Notes under the pieces: generated by a model
Seen by the model: the letters and a program-made list of their open reading frames with translations, nothing else
Told to the model about the DNA's origin: nothing
Databases searched by the model: none
Made by a program: the position numbers and the translations under genes
In this document: piece after piece, positions 33,501 to 34,278 of the stretch
Numbering within the stretch: the stretch's first letter is position 1
Layout: each line of letters opens with the position of its first letter
DNA from: Jimgerdemannia flammicorona
Taxonomy: Eukaryota
NCBI GenBank assembly: GCA_003990765.1
Contig: RBNJ01000280.1
Location: 1-34,278, forward strand
Reading direction: 5' to 3'
DNA: 34,278 nt

Positions 33501-34183
33501 ACCTTTGGCCGAGTAGCTGGCAGATAGTTGGAATTGGAGAAGAGTGGAACTGGGCAGGCATCTGGTCTTGGAGTGCTGAGGTCCAGAGGTGGCTCCCTCC
33601 CAAGTACTGGGTGGTATAGTGGAGAATGTTACAGAGGAATGTCATGCTGAATTTCTACTCAGGGTATCTAGTTGAGGGTGGACAATTTGACTGCGAGGAG
33701 TATTATGATGTTGGGCAAGCTGGGGATTATGTACAGATGCCAGAACATTGGCTGGGGGAGTGTGAGGTCTTAAGGGAATTTTGGGTGGAGATAGGGAATA
33801 GATTGGGTATTGGGTGTAGGCAGGTGGGGGAGGGGGGTTGCTGGGAGGACTTCAAATCTCGGCTTGTGGGTGGGGTTGGGGACAGTTGGCTCACTGTGGG
33901 ATGGGTGTTAGCAGTATGGGTGGGACTGGCAGGACATTGACTTTTCATATTTGAGAAGGGGCAGTAGTTGGGGTTACGTGAGAAAGTGTTAAGGTGGGAA
34001 GAGCTGGTGGGGGATCTGCTGACCAGATGGTGGGTGGGTTGGGAACCTCAGAAGGGCAGACATCAAGGTTTAGTGATGAAGATATGTGAGCAGAGTGGTG
34101 GGAGGATGAGGATTGTGTTCAACAAAGTAGTCTTTCACAGAGAAGGAATAGGGGGGAGAGGCCCCCCTAGGGGGATTGGATAG
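30525..34183 (+). pseudogene. LINE ORF2: APE endonuclease + reverse transcriptase, disrupted
   Basis: Endonuclease motifs SLNVNGLR, LLQD, G.FN (frameshifted ~30935), RIDWI, SDH. RT motifs PGEDG, WRPIMLL, QRGF..GRLI, LDQEKAYD, GVPQGDPLSPILY, FADD, RYLG, GGLGL. Stops at 31298, 31379, 33617, 33938 and 33965. Confidence 0.93.
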
Positions 34184-34278
34184 GGGGTGGGATCATTATA
34201 ATTATATAGAATAGATTGGTAATAAAGGGCAGTCCAAGAGACTATAAAAAAAAAAAAAAAAAAAAAAGGAAAAAAAAA

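Larger units (their letters stand above)
28398..34278 (+). mobile_element. Near full-length non-LTR retrotransposon (L1/Tx1-like LINE), inactivated, nested in the LTR element
   Basis: Short 5' UTR, ORF1, 32-nt spacer, ORF2, AATAAA 34221-34226 and poly(A) to the window end. G-rich, CpG-poor sense strand. The 5' boundary is approximate. Confidence 0.92.

Overview
Eukaryotic genomic DNA from an intron-rich fungus. It is probably an early-diverging lineage such as Mucoromycota; this is inferred from the gene content and short GT-AG introns. A GC-rich gene island (about 4.1-25.4 kb) holds six genes: a single-pass Kelch-repeat membrane protein, a roughly 20-exon class C GPCR (Venus-flytrap + 7TM + C-terminal PH-like domain), an AAG/MPG-like DNA glycosylase, a vacuolar amino acid transporter (Avt3/4-like), triosephosphate isomerase and a small single-TM protein. 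The island is flanked by AT-rich transposon relics eroded by C>T/G>A mutation, two copies of one LTR, and several L1/Tx1-like LINE insertions with target-site duplications (TSDs). The main discovery is at 421-4080. Reversing transition mutations reveals a full-length, intron-containing Fanzor2 (IS607-TnpB-type RNA-guided nuclease) pseudogene with an in-frame N-terminal SAP DNA-binding domain. It is split by a LINE with a 12-bp TSD and followed by a well-preserved, structured candidate omegaRNA with a possible pseudoknot. The ORF track shows only its last 72 aa. All protein-family calls are by manual motif recognition; no searches were run.
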